From positions 390,001 to 422,000 of the forward strand of contig CBDCNV010000002.1 of the NCBI GenBank assembly GCA_965219535.1: 32,000 nucleotides of DNA, given 5' to 3'. Below, one piece after another: positions 8,384 to 16,433 of this stretch (its first letter is position 1; the number at the start of each line of letters is the position of its first letter). A program made the translations under genes and the position numbers. The notes under the pieces are model-generated. The model ran no database searches. It worked only from the letters and a program-made list of their open reading frames with translations, and was not told the DNA's origin. Origin of the DNA: Opitutales bacterium (GTDB lineage: Bacteria; Verrucomicrobiota; Verrucomicrobiia; Opitutales; PNEW01).

Positions 8384-9292
8384 CTAAATGGTCGTCTTTT
8401 CTATTGGGAATGAGATAGCGGCACCCATTTCATTCACAAATGAAGCATTAATAACTTGCTTCGTCGGCTGAAGAGTTCCGTCTGACTTTACATTATTCTG
8501 AAAGACCATGTCCTCAAATCCTCGAATCTGTGTACCGCCTTCGGCAACTATAATCGATACACTATTTGTCTGACGAAGATCGCCGCCCGTAATACGAATC
8601 CCAGGGTTGGGCGCGGCAACAGTGAAGGAATCTGTACCAAACAATATATGGGGTACCGCATCGCCCGAGGCATCGATATCACCAATTAACACCCGGACTG
8701 CCACGGGCACTTGACGGGCTATTAACCCCACGTTCCCGGTATCATTATTGAAGCGGGTATTCGCGCAAAGAATACCTCCAAATCCAGTCGAGTTAGTAAT
8801 TTCCAGTAGAGCGACGTCAGCCATCGCGTCATACACTTCACCCTCAGGGAACAAAGCTTGATTAAAGGCATTTACCGTACCAACCGTAAAGATGCTTAAG
8901 AAAGTATTCTCATCTGCCTGTTCCACGCTTACGGTTGGACGTCCGCCAACATAATTCACGGTAGGCTGATTATATTTTGTCGGCGGAGCCGCGTCGACAA
9001 AGGTATCCGGATCCAAACTAACGGTTACAACCGCATTACCGGAAAATTCCACCTGCACGATATCTTCGTTTGTATCGAGGAAAGAAACACGAGTGATCTC
9101 ACTCCCATCGGTGCGCAACGTCACGCTCTGACCGGTGAGCAAAACCTGGTTATATATATTTCCATTTGCATGCATGATGTCTTCACCAACAACGATGCCC
9201 GAACCGCTATCCACGAGATCGGCCGACTCTAAACTCGCGCAAAATGAAAATAGAAATGACAGAGCAACTAATAAATCTTTTTGAAATCTCAT
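8384..9292 (-). CDS. Secreted protein of unknown function; consists almost entirely of a domain also found at the C-terminus of the 749-aa protein (22678..24927)
   Basis: 302-aa ORF with an N-terminal signal-like segment MRFQKDLLVALSFLFSFCASLESA. Residues ~35-302 align by eye with the last ~265 residues of the 749-aa protein's ~276-aa C-terminal domain, for example NEDIVQVEFSGN, NAFNQALFPEG.VYDA.ADVAL, IGDIDA.GDAVPHILFG, GIRITGGDL.QTN. Confidence 0.75.
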   Translation of the reverse strand: MRFQKDLLVALSFLFSFCASLESADLVDSGSGIVVGEDIMHANGNIYNQVLLTGQSVTLRTDGSEITRVSFLDTNEDIVQVEFSGNAVVTVSLDPDTFVDAAPPTKYNQPTVNYVGGRPTVSVEQADENTFLSIFTVGTVNAFNQALFPEGEVYDAMADVALLEITNSTGFGGILCANTRFNNDTGNVGLIARQVPVAVRVLIGDIDASGDAVPHILFGTDSFTVAAPNPGIRITGGDLRQTNSVSIIVAEGGTQIRGFEDMVFQNNVKSDGTLQPTKQVINASFVNEMGAAISFPIEKTTI

Positions 9293-9510
9293 AACCCTAA
9301 CCTTTAGTAGATTTTAATTTAAAACTTACTGAGAGTATAAAAAGTTCTTACTGCGCAGCAAGTAATTAGGTTTACGTCGACTACTCTACGGTAATTTTAA
9401 CAACAAATTTACTTTCATTATAGAGTATACGTGAAAGCAATAATGCTTGATGCAGTAATGTCGATATGATGCAGGATGGTTAGACACTGAGCAGTAAGAA
9501 ATAATCAGTC

Positions 9511-9790
9511 GCCGTCGTCCTCCCTTTGTCATTGCGAGGTCGGCCAATAGCCGACCGTGGCATCCCAGGCGATTAGCCAATGTGCTTTCGAAAACCTGTT
9601 AACACTAAAGGCTTTCAAATGAGATTTCGTCTCTTCAATCAAGGCAATCGTTCAATTGAGAGTAACCCTAAAATCCAAGGTCCGGAATTACGCAACAGAT
9701 ATCCCTCTGGAATGGAAGATGTCGTCCCGCAATTGCGGGACTCGGTAGCCTCGTCGCGTTGCTTCTCGCAATGACAAAAGGGGAGACGAA
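9511..9790. repeat. Inverted pair of a short repeat sharing the core TTTGTCATTGCGAG, each followed by a GC-rich hairpin (MITE-like or REP-like)
   Basis: TTTGTCATTGCGAG lies at 9525..9538 (+) and its exact reverse complement CTCGCAATGACAAA at 9765..9778. The flanks are also similar (CGTCGTCCTCCC / CGTCTCCCC). Adjacent hairpins are GTCGGC-CAATA-GCCGAC (9539..9555) and the perfect 18-nt palindrome GTCCCGCAATTGCGGGAC (9724..9741). The pair sits in a 712-bp gap with no convincing ORF. Confidence 0.6.
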
Positions 9791-10004
9791 GGCTATCAGA
9801 TTTAATTTTACCACTATGGAACGACGGCGTTGGCCAAACACACTCATAATTCCATGTCTAAGCAAATTAAAACCCATACCACCCTGCCGGAACTAACACT
9901 GGCTCTGGTACAGTAAACGGGAGCAGGTTACTTGGGAGGAACCCTCACAGTGTTTTCACCGTTACAAGAAAATACCTGAGTGTATTTAAGGTCTTCCAGG
10001 ATAC

Positions 10005-10841
10005 TTATTGAGCGCCATAACCAAGAAAAGTACTTTGAATGCCCTTAACATCGCCGTCTGACTCCAGACTTCGCTTATCTGTTTTTTTTGGCGGTGCACT
10101 TGCGAACATTGTCTGCGCCTCGTCCTCTGCATGAGCATTACCGGGATGGGCCAGACCATATACGTGTCCGATTTCATGAACTGCCACACTCTCAACGTCC
10201 CACCACTTTCCTTTAGGGGTAAATCCATCAGTACCCCATTTCACGATGGAGTTATGAATCACATCCATCTCCAGGAATATTTCCTCAGGATCGATATCAT
10301 CATTGTTATTTGCGTCATGCCAGGTTATAAAGGTTGCCGCCAAGACACCACCACCACCCAGGTTTCGCATGGAGTAGGTGTTAACGCCATTATTAATTAC
10401 GACGGCTACATCCTCAAAGGCAAGCGTCGAAAACAGAACCCCTTCCGTCTCGTTTTCCCAGGCGTTGAAAGCGTTTACAATGGCATCGCTAGACCCCGTA
10501 GAAAATCCTCTAATATCGACAATGAACGCTAGAGCAGGATCAACCACACCCGAATTATCAGCATCAACCCAAATACCACCAATCAGTTCAAAATGTCCAT
10601 CTTTATGGGTGTCGTCTGGGGAATCTCCACCTCCACCTCCCGGAGGTCCTCCAGGGCCACCACCACCACCGTGACCGGTCCTGTGGTGATTAAAGGAATC
10701 TATGTAATCAATGATTACGGTGGTCTTTGGATTTATGGGTTTACCTCTGACGATTGGGTTTTTAGCCTGTGCGGAAATACCCAATGTTATCATCAAAATT
10801 AAGATAGGATAGTATAAATCAGTTAGTTTATAGTTTTTCAT
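10005..10841 (-). CDS. Secreted matrixin-like (MMP/M10-type) zinc metalloprotease, catalytic domain only
   Basis: 278-aa ORF with signal peptide MKNYKLTDLYYPILILMITLGISAQA and a Gly/Pro low-complexity tract GHGGGGGPGGPPGGGGGD. The metzincin zinc site is VAVHEIGHVYGLAH (HExxHxxGxxH), with a downstream Met (QTMF). The C-terminal DGDVKGIQSTFLGYG resembles the MMP DD..GIQ.LYG helix. Confidence 0.85.
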   Translation of the reverse strand: MKNYKLTDLYYPILILMITLGISAQAKNPIVRGKPINPKTTVIIDYIDSFNHHRTGHGGGGGPGGPPGGGGGDSPDDTHKDGHFELIGGIWVDADNSGVVDPALAFIVDIRGFSTGSSDAIVNAFNAWENETEGVLFSTLAFEDVAVVINNGVNTYSMRNLGGGGVLAATFITWHDANNNDDIDPEEIFLEMDVIHNSIVKWGTDGFTPKGKWWDVESVAVHEIGHVYGLAHPGNAHAEDEAQTMFASAPPKKTDKRSLESDGDVKGIQSTFLGYGAQ

Positions 10842-11108
10842 AGCAATTAATTATTTTTTATTTCGCTTTATTTATTAAAGCTACATTCCACCTAGCAGTA
10901 GATTGATAATTAATTATTATGAAATATCTTCATAATAGTCAACTGCGCTCTATATTTAATTGTAAAAAAAAGGGGCTTGGAATTGCGGATTCGTGGAAAG
11001 AAGATTGGATCTCGATAGACGCCAAAATCGCAGAGGTCATTTGTTTTCTTAAACTAGAAAATAATTCTGTATGTGTATTTCCACTGGAAAGCACCGCCGC
11101 TATAAATA

Positions 11109-12461
11109 ATGCCCAAACCTCCTAACATTCTCTTCATCCTCACCGACAACCAGCGCTCGGATCTTCTCGGTTGTGCGGGCAACCCAATCATTTTAACACC
11201 TAATATCGATCGCCTGGCTGAGCGCGGCGTACGGTTTTCAAATGCTTTCGCCACCACGCCGAGCTGCGCGGCGAGTAGGGCGAGCTATCTGACCGGCATG
11301 TACGAGCGGCGTCATCAGTTTACCTTTTACGCCCCCCCGCTCCAAACTGAATTTTCCAACAACAGCTATCCTGCTCTGCTGAAAGCATCGGGTTACCATA
11401 CGGGATTCATCGGTAAGTTTGGCGTCGCTGCCAACGGCATCGAGCCATCGCTGGAAGACGAGGGTGGCATAGACAGAATGTTCGACCATTTTGACAACTA
11501 CGAACACTGGACAGATGAAGGCTATGAAATCCAGCAATCCAATGGGAGTATCAAACATCTGACCGACATCACGGGTGACAAGGTGATCGATTTCCTCGAT
11601 CGCCATAACAATGAGCGTTCGAATCAACCTTTCTGTCTGTCCGTCAGCTTCAATGCGCCGCATGCCCAGGACGGAGATCCTCGTCTTTATATATGGCCGG
11701 AATCCGAGGATGAACTTTACACGGACGCTACCCTGCCGGAACCTGCCAATTCGGATCCTTCATTTTTCGAATCTCTACCCCGATTCATTCAGGAGTCTGA
11801 GAGCCGTGTTCGGTGGCATACACGCTTCGACACGAGCGAAAATTACCAGCGCAACATGAAGGGCCTCTATCGAATGATCAGCGGCATCGATCGCAATGTC
11901 GGTCGGATGGTGGAGGCATTAGAGCGCCATTCACTGGCGAACAACACCGTCATCATCTTCGCATCAGATCACGGGATGTATTACGGTGAGCGCGGGCAGA
12001 GCGATTGCTGGCAGTTGAATGAAGAATCAATCCGGATCCCGCTCATTATATTCGATCCCAGAAGAAACGTTAGCTGCCCGGTCAGAAATGAAATGGCCTT
12101 GAATATCGATATCGCGCCCACGATTCTGGAACTGGCTGGAGTGCCAATCCCGTCGATCGTCCAGGGGTGCAGCTTGATACCACTTTTGGATGATTCAGCT
12201 GACGGTTGGCGAACGGAATTTTTCTGCGAGCACCTCTTTGATATTCCGAACATTGACATCCCCAAGAGCGAAGGGTTCCGAACCGATCGGTGGAAGTACA
12301 TCCGCTATTTCGAGCAGGACCCTGTCCACGAAGAACTCTACAACCTCGAGGTGGACCCGCACGAATCACATAATCTTATAGGAGTCCCTGAATACTCCGA
12401 CTGGGCTGCTGAAATGCGCTTAAAATGCGCTGATCTCACATTAAAAGCTGGTTCTTCTTAA
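11109..12461 (+). CDS. Sulfatase (type I, formylglycine-dependent, Cys-type), no signal peptide
   Basis: 450-aa ORF. Motifs: PNILFILTDNQR at residues 5-16, the FGly motif PSCAASRASYLTGMY (C-x-A-x-R) and the SDHGMYYGERG block. An in-frame TAA at 11103..11105 lies one codon upstream of the ATG, excluding a hidden signal peptide. Confidence 0.9.
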   Translation: MPKPPNILFILTDNQRSDLLGCAGNPIILTPNIDRLAERGVRFSNAFATTPSCAASRASYLTGMYERRHQFTFYAPPLQTEFSNNSYPALLKASGYHTGFIGKFGVAANGIEPSLEDEGGIDRMFDHFDNYEHWTDEGYEIQQSNGSIKHLTDITGDKVIDFLDRHNNERSNQPFCLSVSFNAPHAQDGDPRLYIWPESEDELYTDATLPEPANSDPSFFESLPRFIQESESRVRWHTRFDTSENYQRNMKGLYRMISGIDRNVGRMVEALERHSLANNTVIIFASDHGMYYGERGQSDCWQLNEESIRIPLIIFDPRRNVSCPVRNEMALNIDIAPTILELAGVPIPSIVQGCSLIPLLDDSADGWRTEFFCEHLFDIPNIDIPKSEGFRTDRWKYIRYFEQDPVHEELYNLEVDPHESHNLIGVPEYSDWAAEMRLKCADLTLKAGSS

Positions 12462-12562
12462 TTCAAATATGGGTTAACCTGCTGGGCAATTAAGGTTTGA
12501 ATGATCGGGGATTAATTTTTTAGTTTATTCGAATAATCTAACTTCAACGAAGTAAATATCAC

Positions 12563-13363
12563 ATGGCACAAGCGCTAGAACTGATCGCCCCCTCTGACCT
12601 CGCTGGCCAGGTAGCGGCAATTGAAAACGACGGCTTTGTTTATTTTCCCAACTACCTGAGTCCGGATGAGGTCGCTGAACTTCGGGCATGTATGGATCGG
12701 ACTGAGATTAACGAGGCCAGCTATGATAAGCTCAGAACACCTGAAAATGGGGGGTTTTATGAAAAGACGATTAACAATGCTTTCAACCGCGACCCTCTCT
12801 TTATGACATTCCTCGATAAGCCGGGGATAATCGAATTGGAAGAAGCCGTGCATGGGGAGGATTGTCACGTCATCGCTATGACGGCGTGGATGACGGGGCC
12901 AGGACGACCGGATCAAAAAATACACGCCGATTGGCAACCGATCAATCTGCCGGAAGATATTCTCGCTGACCCACGAGTGAAAGTTCCCATCTACATTACG
13001 ACGGTGCATTTCTACCTCGACGAAATAACTGAAGAACTGGGTCCGACCCAGTTTATACCTGGCAGCCATCGGTCCGGGCGTAAACCTGAGGGGGACAATT
13101 CTTGGCAGGGTATTGAGCCGCACAATATTATGTGCCAACCCGGCGATGTGGTTGCTTTTCGCAGTGAGGTCTGGCATCGGGGAACAGCGAATACAAGCGA
13201 TCAGATCCGGCATCTGTTGCAGGTCCATTACGCGCAACGGATGATTACCCAAAAATTCCCGCCATACCTAAACAAGTTTCAGTTTGATGAAGCGTTGCTG
13301 GCTCAGGCGACACCCCGCCAGCGTCGATTGCTCGGTGAGCATGTGCAGAGCAATTATGACTAA
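12563..13363 (+). CDS. PhyH-family Fe(II)/2-oxoglutarate dioxygenase
   Basis: 266-aa ORF. Motifs: IENDGFVYFPNYLSPDEV N-terminus, KIHADW (HxD), LGPTQFIPGSHR and EVWHRGTANTSDQIR. A 6-nt gap separates it from the next gene, so it is operonic. Confidence 0.85.
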   Translation: MAQALELIAPSDLAGQVAAIENDGFVYFPNYLSPDEVAELRACMDRTEINEASYDKLRTPENGGFYEKTINNAFNRDPLFMTFLDKPGIIELEEAVHGEDCHVIAMTAWMTGPGRPDQKIHADWQPINLPEDILADPRVKVPIYITTVHFYLDEITEELGPTQFIPGSHRSGRKPEGDNSWQGIEPHNIMCQPGDVVAFRSEVWHRGTANTSDQIRHLLQVHYAQRMITQKFPPYLNKFQFDEALLAQATPRQRRLLGEHVQSNYD

Positions 13364-13369
13364 TCGCTC

Positions 13370-14113
13370 ATGATTAAAGCCCGACTTCCCATCCCCGATC
13401 GTCTGATTGTTCTGACCTTCGATGACGGGGTTAAATCACAAGCAACCTTCGTCGCACCGCTGCTCAAGAACTACAGTTTTAACGCAACGTTTTATATCAC
13501 CGAGGGGTTGAACTTTCTCCAGGACAAGGATCGCTACATGACATGGGAAGAAGTTCGGGAATTAGACGGAGCAGGTTTCGAAATTGGCAATCATACACGC
13601 CACCATAAAAAAGTGTGCACCCAGTCACGCGACGAATTGATCGCAGACCTGGAGCACATTGATCGCCGTTGTCAGGAACAGGGCATCCCACAGCCCCAGA
13701 CATTTTGTTATCCCGGCTATAGTAATTGTCCCGAAGCGGTGGATGTTCTCACAGAAAGACAATTTTTTTTCGCGCGCCGAGGAATGGCGCCGGAGTATCC
13801 TTATCACAATGAAGGTGGGCGAGGCCCGGCCTATAATCCAACGCAACACCACCCACTGCTCATCCCGACGACCGGTGCGTCAGGTCCGAATTGGACATAC
13901 GACGATTTTGTCTGGGCGGTTGAGCAAGCCAGGGACGGCAATATCACCGTCCTGACTTACCACGGGGTACCGGACTTGGATCACCCTTGGGTACACACCG
14001 AGCCGGATACGTTTAAAACATATATGAATTATCTGCATGAGCACGACTGCACCGTCATTGCGGTCCGTGATCTGGACCAATATGTCACCCCATATACAGA
14101 TAAAAAGAATTAG
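13370..14113 (+). CDS. Polysaccharide deacetylase (NodB homology / CE4-like)
   Basis: 247-aa ORF with NodB motif 1 LTFDDG and motif 2 GNHTRHH. There is no signal peptide. Confidence 0.8.
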   Translation: MIKARLPIPDRLIVLTFDDGVKSQATFVAPLLKNYSFNATFYITEGLNFLQDKDRYMTWEEVRELDGAGFEIGNHTRHHKKVCTQSRDELIADLEHIDRRCQEQGIPQPQTFCYPGYSNCPEAVDVLTERQFFFARRGMAPEYPYHNEGGRGPAYNPTQHHPLLIPTTGASGPNWTYDDFVWAVEQARDGNITVLTYHGVPDLDHPWVHTEPDTFKTYMNYLHEHDCTVIAVRDLDQYVTPYTDKKN

Positions 14114-14199
14114 ATATTTTCTAAATGTAATGGATTCTATCCACTAAAAAATCGCAACAAATCATAATTTAATAACTATTAAAACGAGGCATATGAACA

Positions 14200-15327
14200 A
14201 TGAAAATTAAAGAGATTAAGGCCTTCCCCCTGGCCTATCCGGAACCCCATTATAAAGGCATTGAGCGTTATATCACCCTGGCTCGCGTTGAGACTGAAGA
14301 TGGACTGGTAGGATGGGGCGAGTGTATCTCACAATTTCGCGAGGCGGCGTTAGCGACTAAGACAATCATTGAGCAAGGATTTGCTCCCTTGCTTGTCGGA
14401 CAAAATGTTATAGATGGCGATCGGCTCTGGCACATTATGGAAGACCGGATCTGGTGGTATGGACCTGAGGGAATTGCGGCCTTTGCGGTGAGTGCAGTCG
14501 ATATGGCTTTATGGGATGTAAAAGGAAAAGCGCTCGGTCAACCGGTCTGCCAACTCCTGGGGGGAAAAATTCACGACAAGGTTATCGCCATGGCGTCATT
14601 CATTTTCGATATGGAAGACGTCGACTGGACTTTAAATGAGTTCCGCTGGTTAATTGAGCAGGGCTATCATATGGTGAAAGCCGGTTGGGGTATGCACCGC
14701 GAGGCACTTTTTGGGCAGGATCATAAAGCCGATATCGACATCGTCAGGCAAGTACGCGAAGTCATCGGAGAGGAACCTGAACTCATCGTTGACACACCCG
14801 GTATTTACAAATTGTGGGATGTGCCGACTGCTATTCAGCGTTTCCGCGCCTTGGAGCCCTATCGACTCCGCTGGATTGAACAACCCTTGTTTCCCAGCGA
14901 TCTTGAAGGACACGCCCGTCTCCGCGCCGCGGTCTCAACGCCCATCGGCACGGGGGAAGACGAATGGGATTTGGAAAGCTATAAACGTCTGATCGATTCA
15001 GGCGGGGTGGATGTGATACAGATAGACCCCGGTCGTGTACATGGCATCACCGGTAGTTATCAAGTGATAAAATCGATTGAAGCGGCCAACCTTCAAGTCA
15101 GCTATCATACTTGGAGCGGCGCCCTTAACACAGCCGCCAGCCTCCATCTATTGGCCAACACGACACATGGTGTGAGTATGGATTTTAAACCCCACGAATC
15201 ACCGATGCAGCATGAACTGGTCAACGATCCCTGGGTTCAGGAAGAGGGTTACCTGGTAGTCCGCGACGAACCCGGATTGGGAGTTGAAGTGCGAGAAGAG
15301 ATTGTCGAAAAATACTATTTTGAATGA
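14200..15327 (+). CDS. Mandelate racemase/muconate lactonizing enzyme family protein (enolase superfamily; probable acid-sugar dehydratase)
   Basis: 375-aa ORF. The hallmark AVDMALWDVKGKALGQPVCQLLGG is present, with acidic metal-ligand-like positions in LIVDTPG, WIEQP and GEDEW, and a late His (YHTWSG). Confidence 0.85.
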   Translation: MKIKEIKAFPLAYPEPHYKGIERYITLARVETEDGLVGWGECISQFREAALATKTIIEQGFAPLLVGQNVIDGDRLWHIMEDRIWWYGPEGIAAFAVSAVDMALWDVKGKALGQPVCQLLGGKIHDKVIAMASFIFDMEDVDWTLNEFRWLIEQGYHMVKAGWGMHREALFGQDHKADIDIVRQVREVIGEEPELIVDTPGIYKLWDVPTAIQRFRALEPYRLRWIEQPLFPSDLEGHARLRAAVSTPIGTGEDEWDLESYKRLIDSGGVDVIQIDPGRVHGITGSYQVIKSIEAANLQVSYHTWSGALNTAASLHLLANTTHGVSMDFKPHESPMQHELVNDPWVQEEGYLVVRDEPGLGVEVREEIVEKYYFE

Positions 15328-15381
15328 TGGATTTCCGATAGGGGGATGGCGAGCATCGCCCCTGGCACGGATTGTGGATTG
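15328..15381 (+). repeat. 3-prime-end heptamer motif (TGGATTT CCGATAG ... CGGATTG TGGATTG) flanking a small GC hairpin, immediately after the MR/MLE stop codon
   Basis: TGGATTTCCGATAG starts at 15328, one nt after the TGA (15325..15327). GGCGA-GCA-TCGCC is a hairpin at ~15347..15359. CGGATTG and TGGATTG lie in tandem at 15368..15381. This is the same motif, in the same transcript orientation, as the arrays at 16434 and 22642. Confidence 0.5.
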
Positions 15382-15448
15382 AACCAAGCAAATACATTTA
15401 CAGCATCATCTTCTGACCTCTATTAACACGGTGTAAGCAACTGCGTCG

Positions 15449-16360
15449 TCAGTTTCCGTTAGCATCCGCCCAGGCCCTCAACGGAACGTCATCCCAATTA
15501 TCTGGCTGCCAGTATTGAGATGTGGGGTGAAAGTCGGGATCCGGTCCCAAAGGACTATCTCCAACAGCTAATGCCCCGAGCAACTGCCGTCGTATCGGTG
15601 AGCATCTGGCAATCAGTTCAGGTTCCTGCTGATGGTAATCCGTGGGGCGGAGCCATCGGTAATGGTATCCAATGTGCATAACCTTGCGTGTTTTATCTGA
15701 GAGATTTGGGACGACACAGTGCCAGGTGGCTGTGCGCCACAACACCGCGGCACCAGGCGGCAGCTTGAGTTCAAGCGCTTCAAATGCATCTGGTTTGTTT
15801 TTCATCACCCACAATTCTTGAGGCGTACGCTTGTGGCTGCCCGGTGCTAACCACAGGTTACCACAATTGGATTCTCTTAAATCGGAGAGAACGTAAAACA
15901 CTTTAATTTCCATGAAGGGCAGCCGACCATCGAGAGACGGAGCCGAAAAAATATGATCGCTCGCCAGGTCGGGGTGCCAGTTGACATTTTGGTAGCCGGC
16001 TTGCTTGTCTGCTCCATCCCCGGTGCCAACTTTACCGGCCTGAAGGTCTTTAGGGTAGGGCGGGCGGTAATCGAGGTGAGAAGTTCGGATCTGAATGTTC
16101 CAACCGATAGCATCAACAACCAGTGGGAGCATTCTTGGGTGGTCGATCAAGTCGAGAAAGGTATCGTGATGAGCCAGGGCATTGCGGATCGAGAAGGGGT
16201 CATTAGGGCCGATTCCTTTAGTCTTGCGGATATTAGAGGCTGTCTCATCGACAGCAGACAGTAGGCGATCTAACTCCTCCTGATGCAAAAAGTTTTCGAG
16301 GATTATGTATCCCAAATCCTCGAAGTCCTTTTCCTGTTGGGGCGTCATGGCGAGGGACAT
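15449..16360 (-). CDS. PhyH-family Fe(II)/2-oxoglutarate dioxygenase
   Basis: 303-aa ORF. Motifs: FEDLGYIILENFLHQEELDRL N-terminus, NWHPD (HxD), CGNLWLAPGSHK and ATWHCVVPNLSDKTR. Confidence 0.85.
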   Translation of the reverse strand: MSLAMTPQQEKDFEDLGYIILENFLHQEELDRLLSAVDETASNIRKTKGIGPNDPFSIRNALAHHDTFLDLIDHPRMLPLVVDAIGWNIQIRTSHLDYRPPYPKDLQAGKVGTGDGADKQAGYQNVNWHPDLASDHIFSAPSLDGRLPFMEIKVFYVLSDLRESNCGNLWLAPGSHKRTPQELWVMKNKPDAFEALELKLPPGAAVLWRTATWHCVVPNLSDKTRKVMHIGYHYRWLRPTDYHQQEPELIARCSPIRRQLLGALAVGDSPLGPDPDFHPTSQYWQPDNWDDVPLRAWADANGN

Positions 16361-16433
16361 AGGATTCCTTATGAGTCTATTCGCACCCTGAAAATAGGGC
16401 TAAAGGTTGTATGAAAGATGTATACATAAGGAT

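Noticed and set aside
9580-9774. A 64-aa ORF between the two inverted repeat copies.
   Set aside because: It has no ribosome-binding context or recognisable features. It spans hairpin and palindrome sequences and is overlapped by an equally long antisense ORF (9668-9877). It is most likely non-coding.
10590-10680. GGN/CCN-rich simple-sequence DNA, considered as a tandem repeat or contingency locus.
   Set aside because: It is in frame within the metalloprotease gene and encodes the Gly/Pro linker. The units are imperfect, and there is no homopolymer run long enough to suggest phase variation.
12575-13252. A 225-aa ORF on the minus strand. Similar long antisense ORFs lie at 6166-6747, 19837-20436 and 25591-26304.
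   Set aside because: Each lies entirely inside, and antisense to, a gene with clear family motifs (PhyH, MDR, FG-GAP, BNR propeller). Their translations are low-complexity or Arg/Ser/Pro-rich with no motifs. They are typical shadow ORFs.
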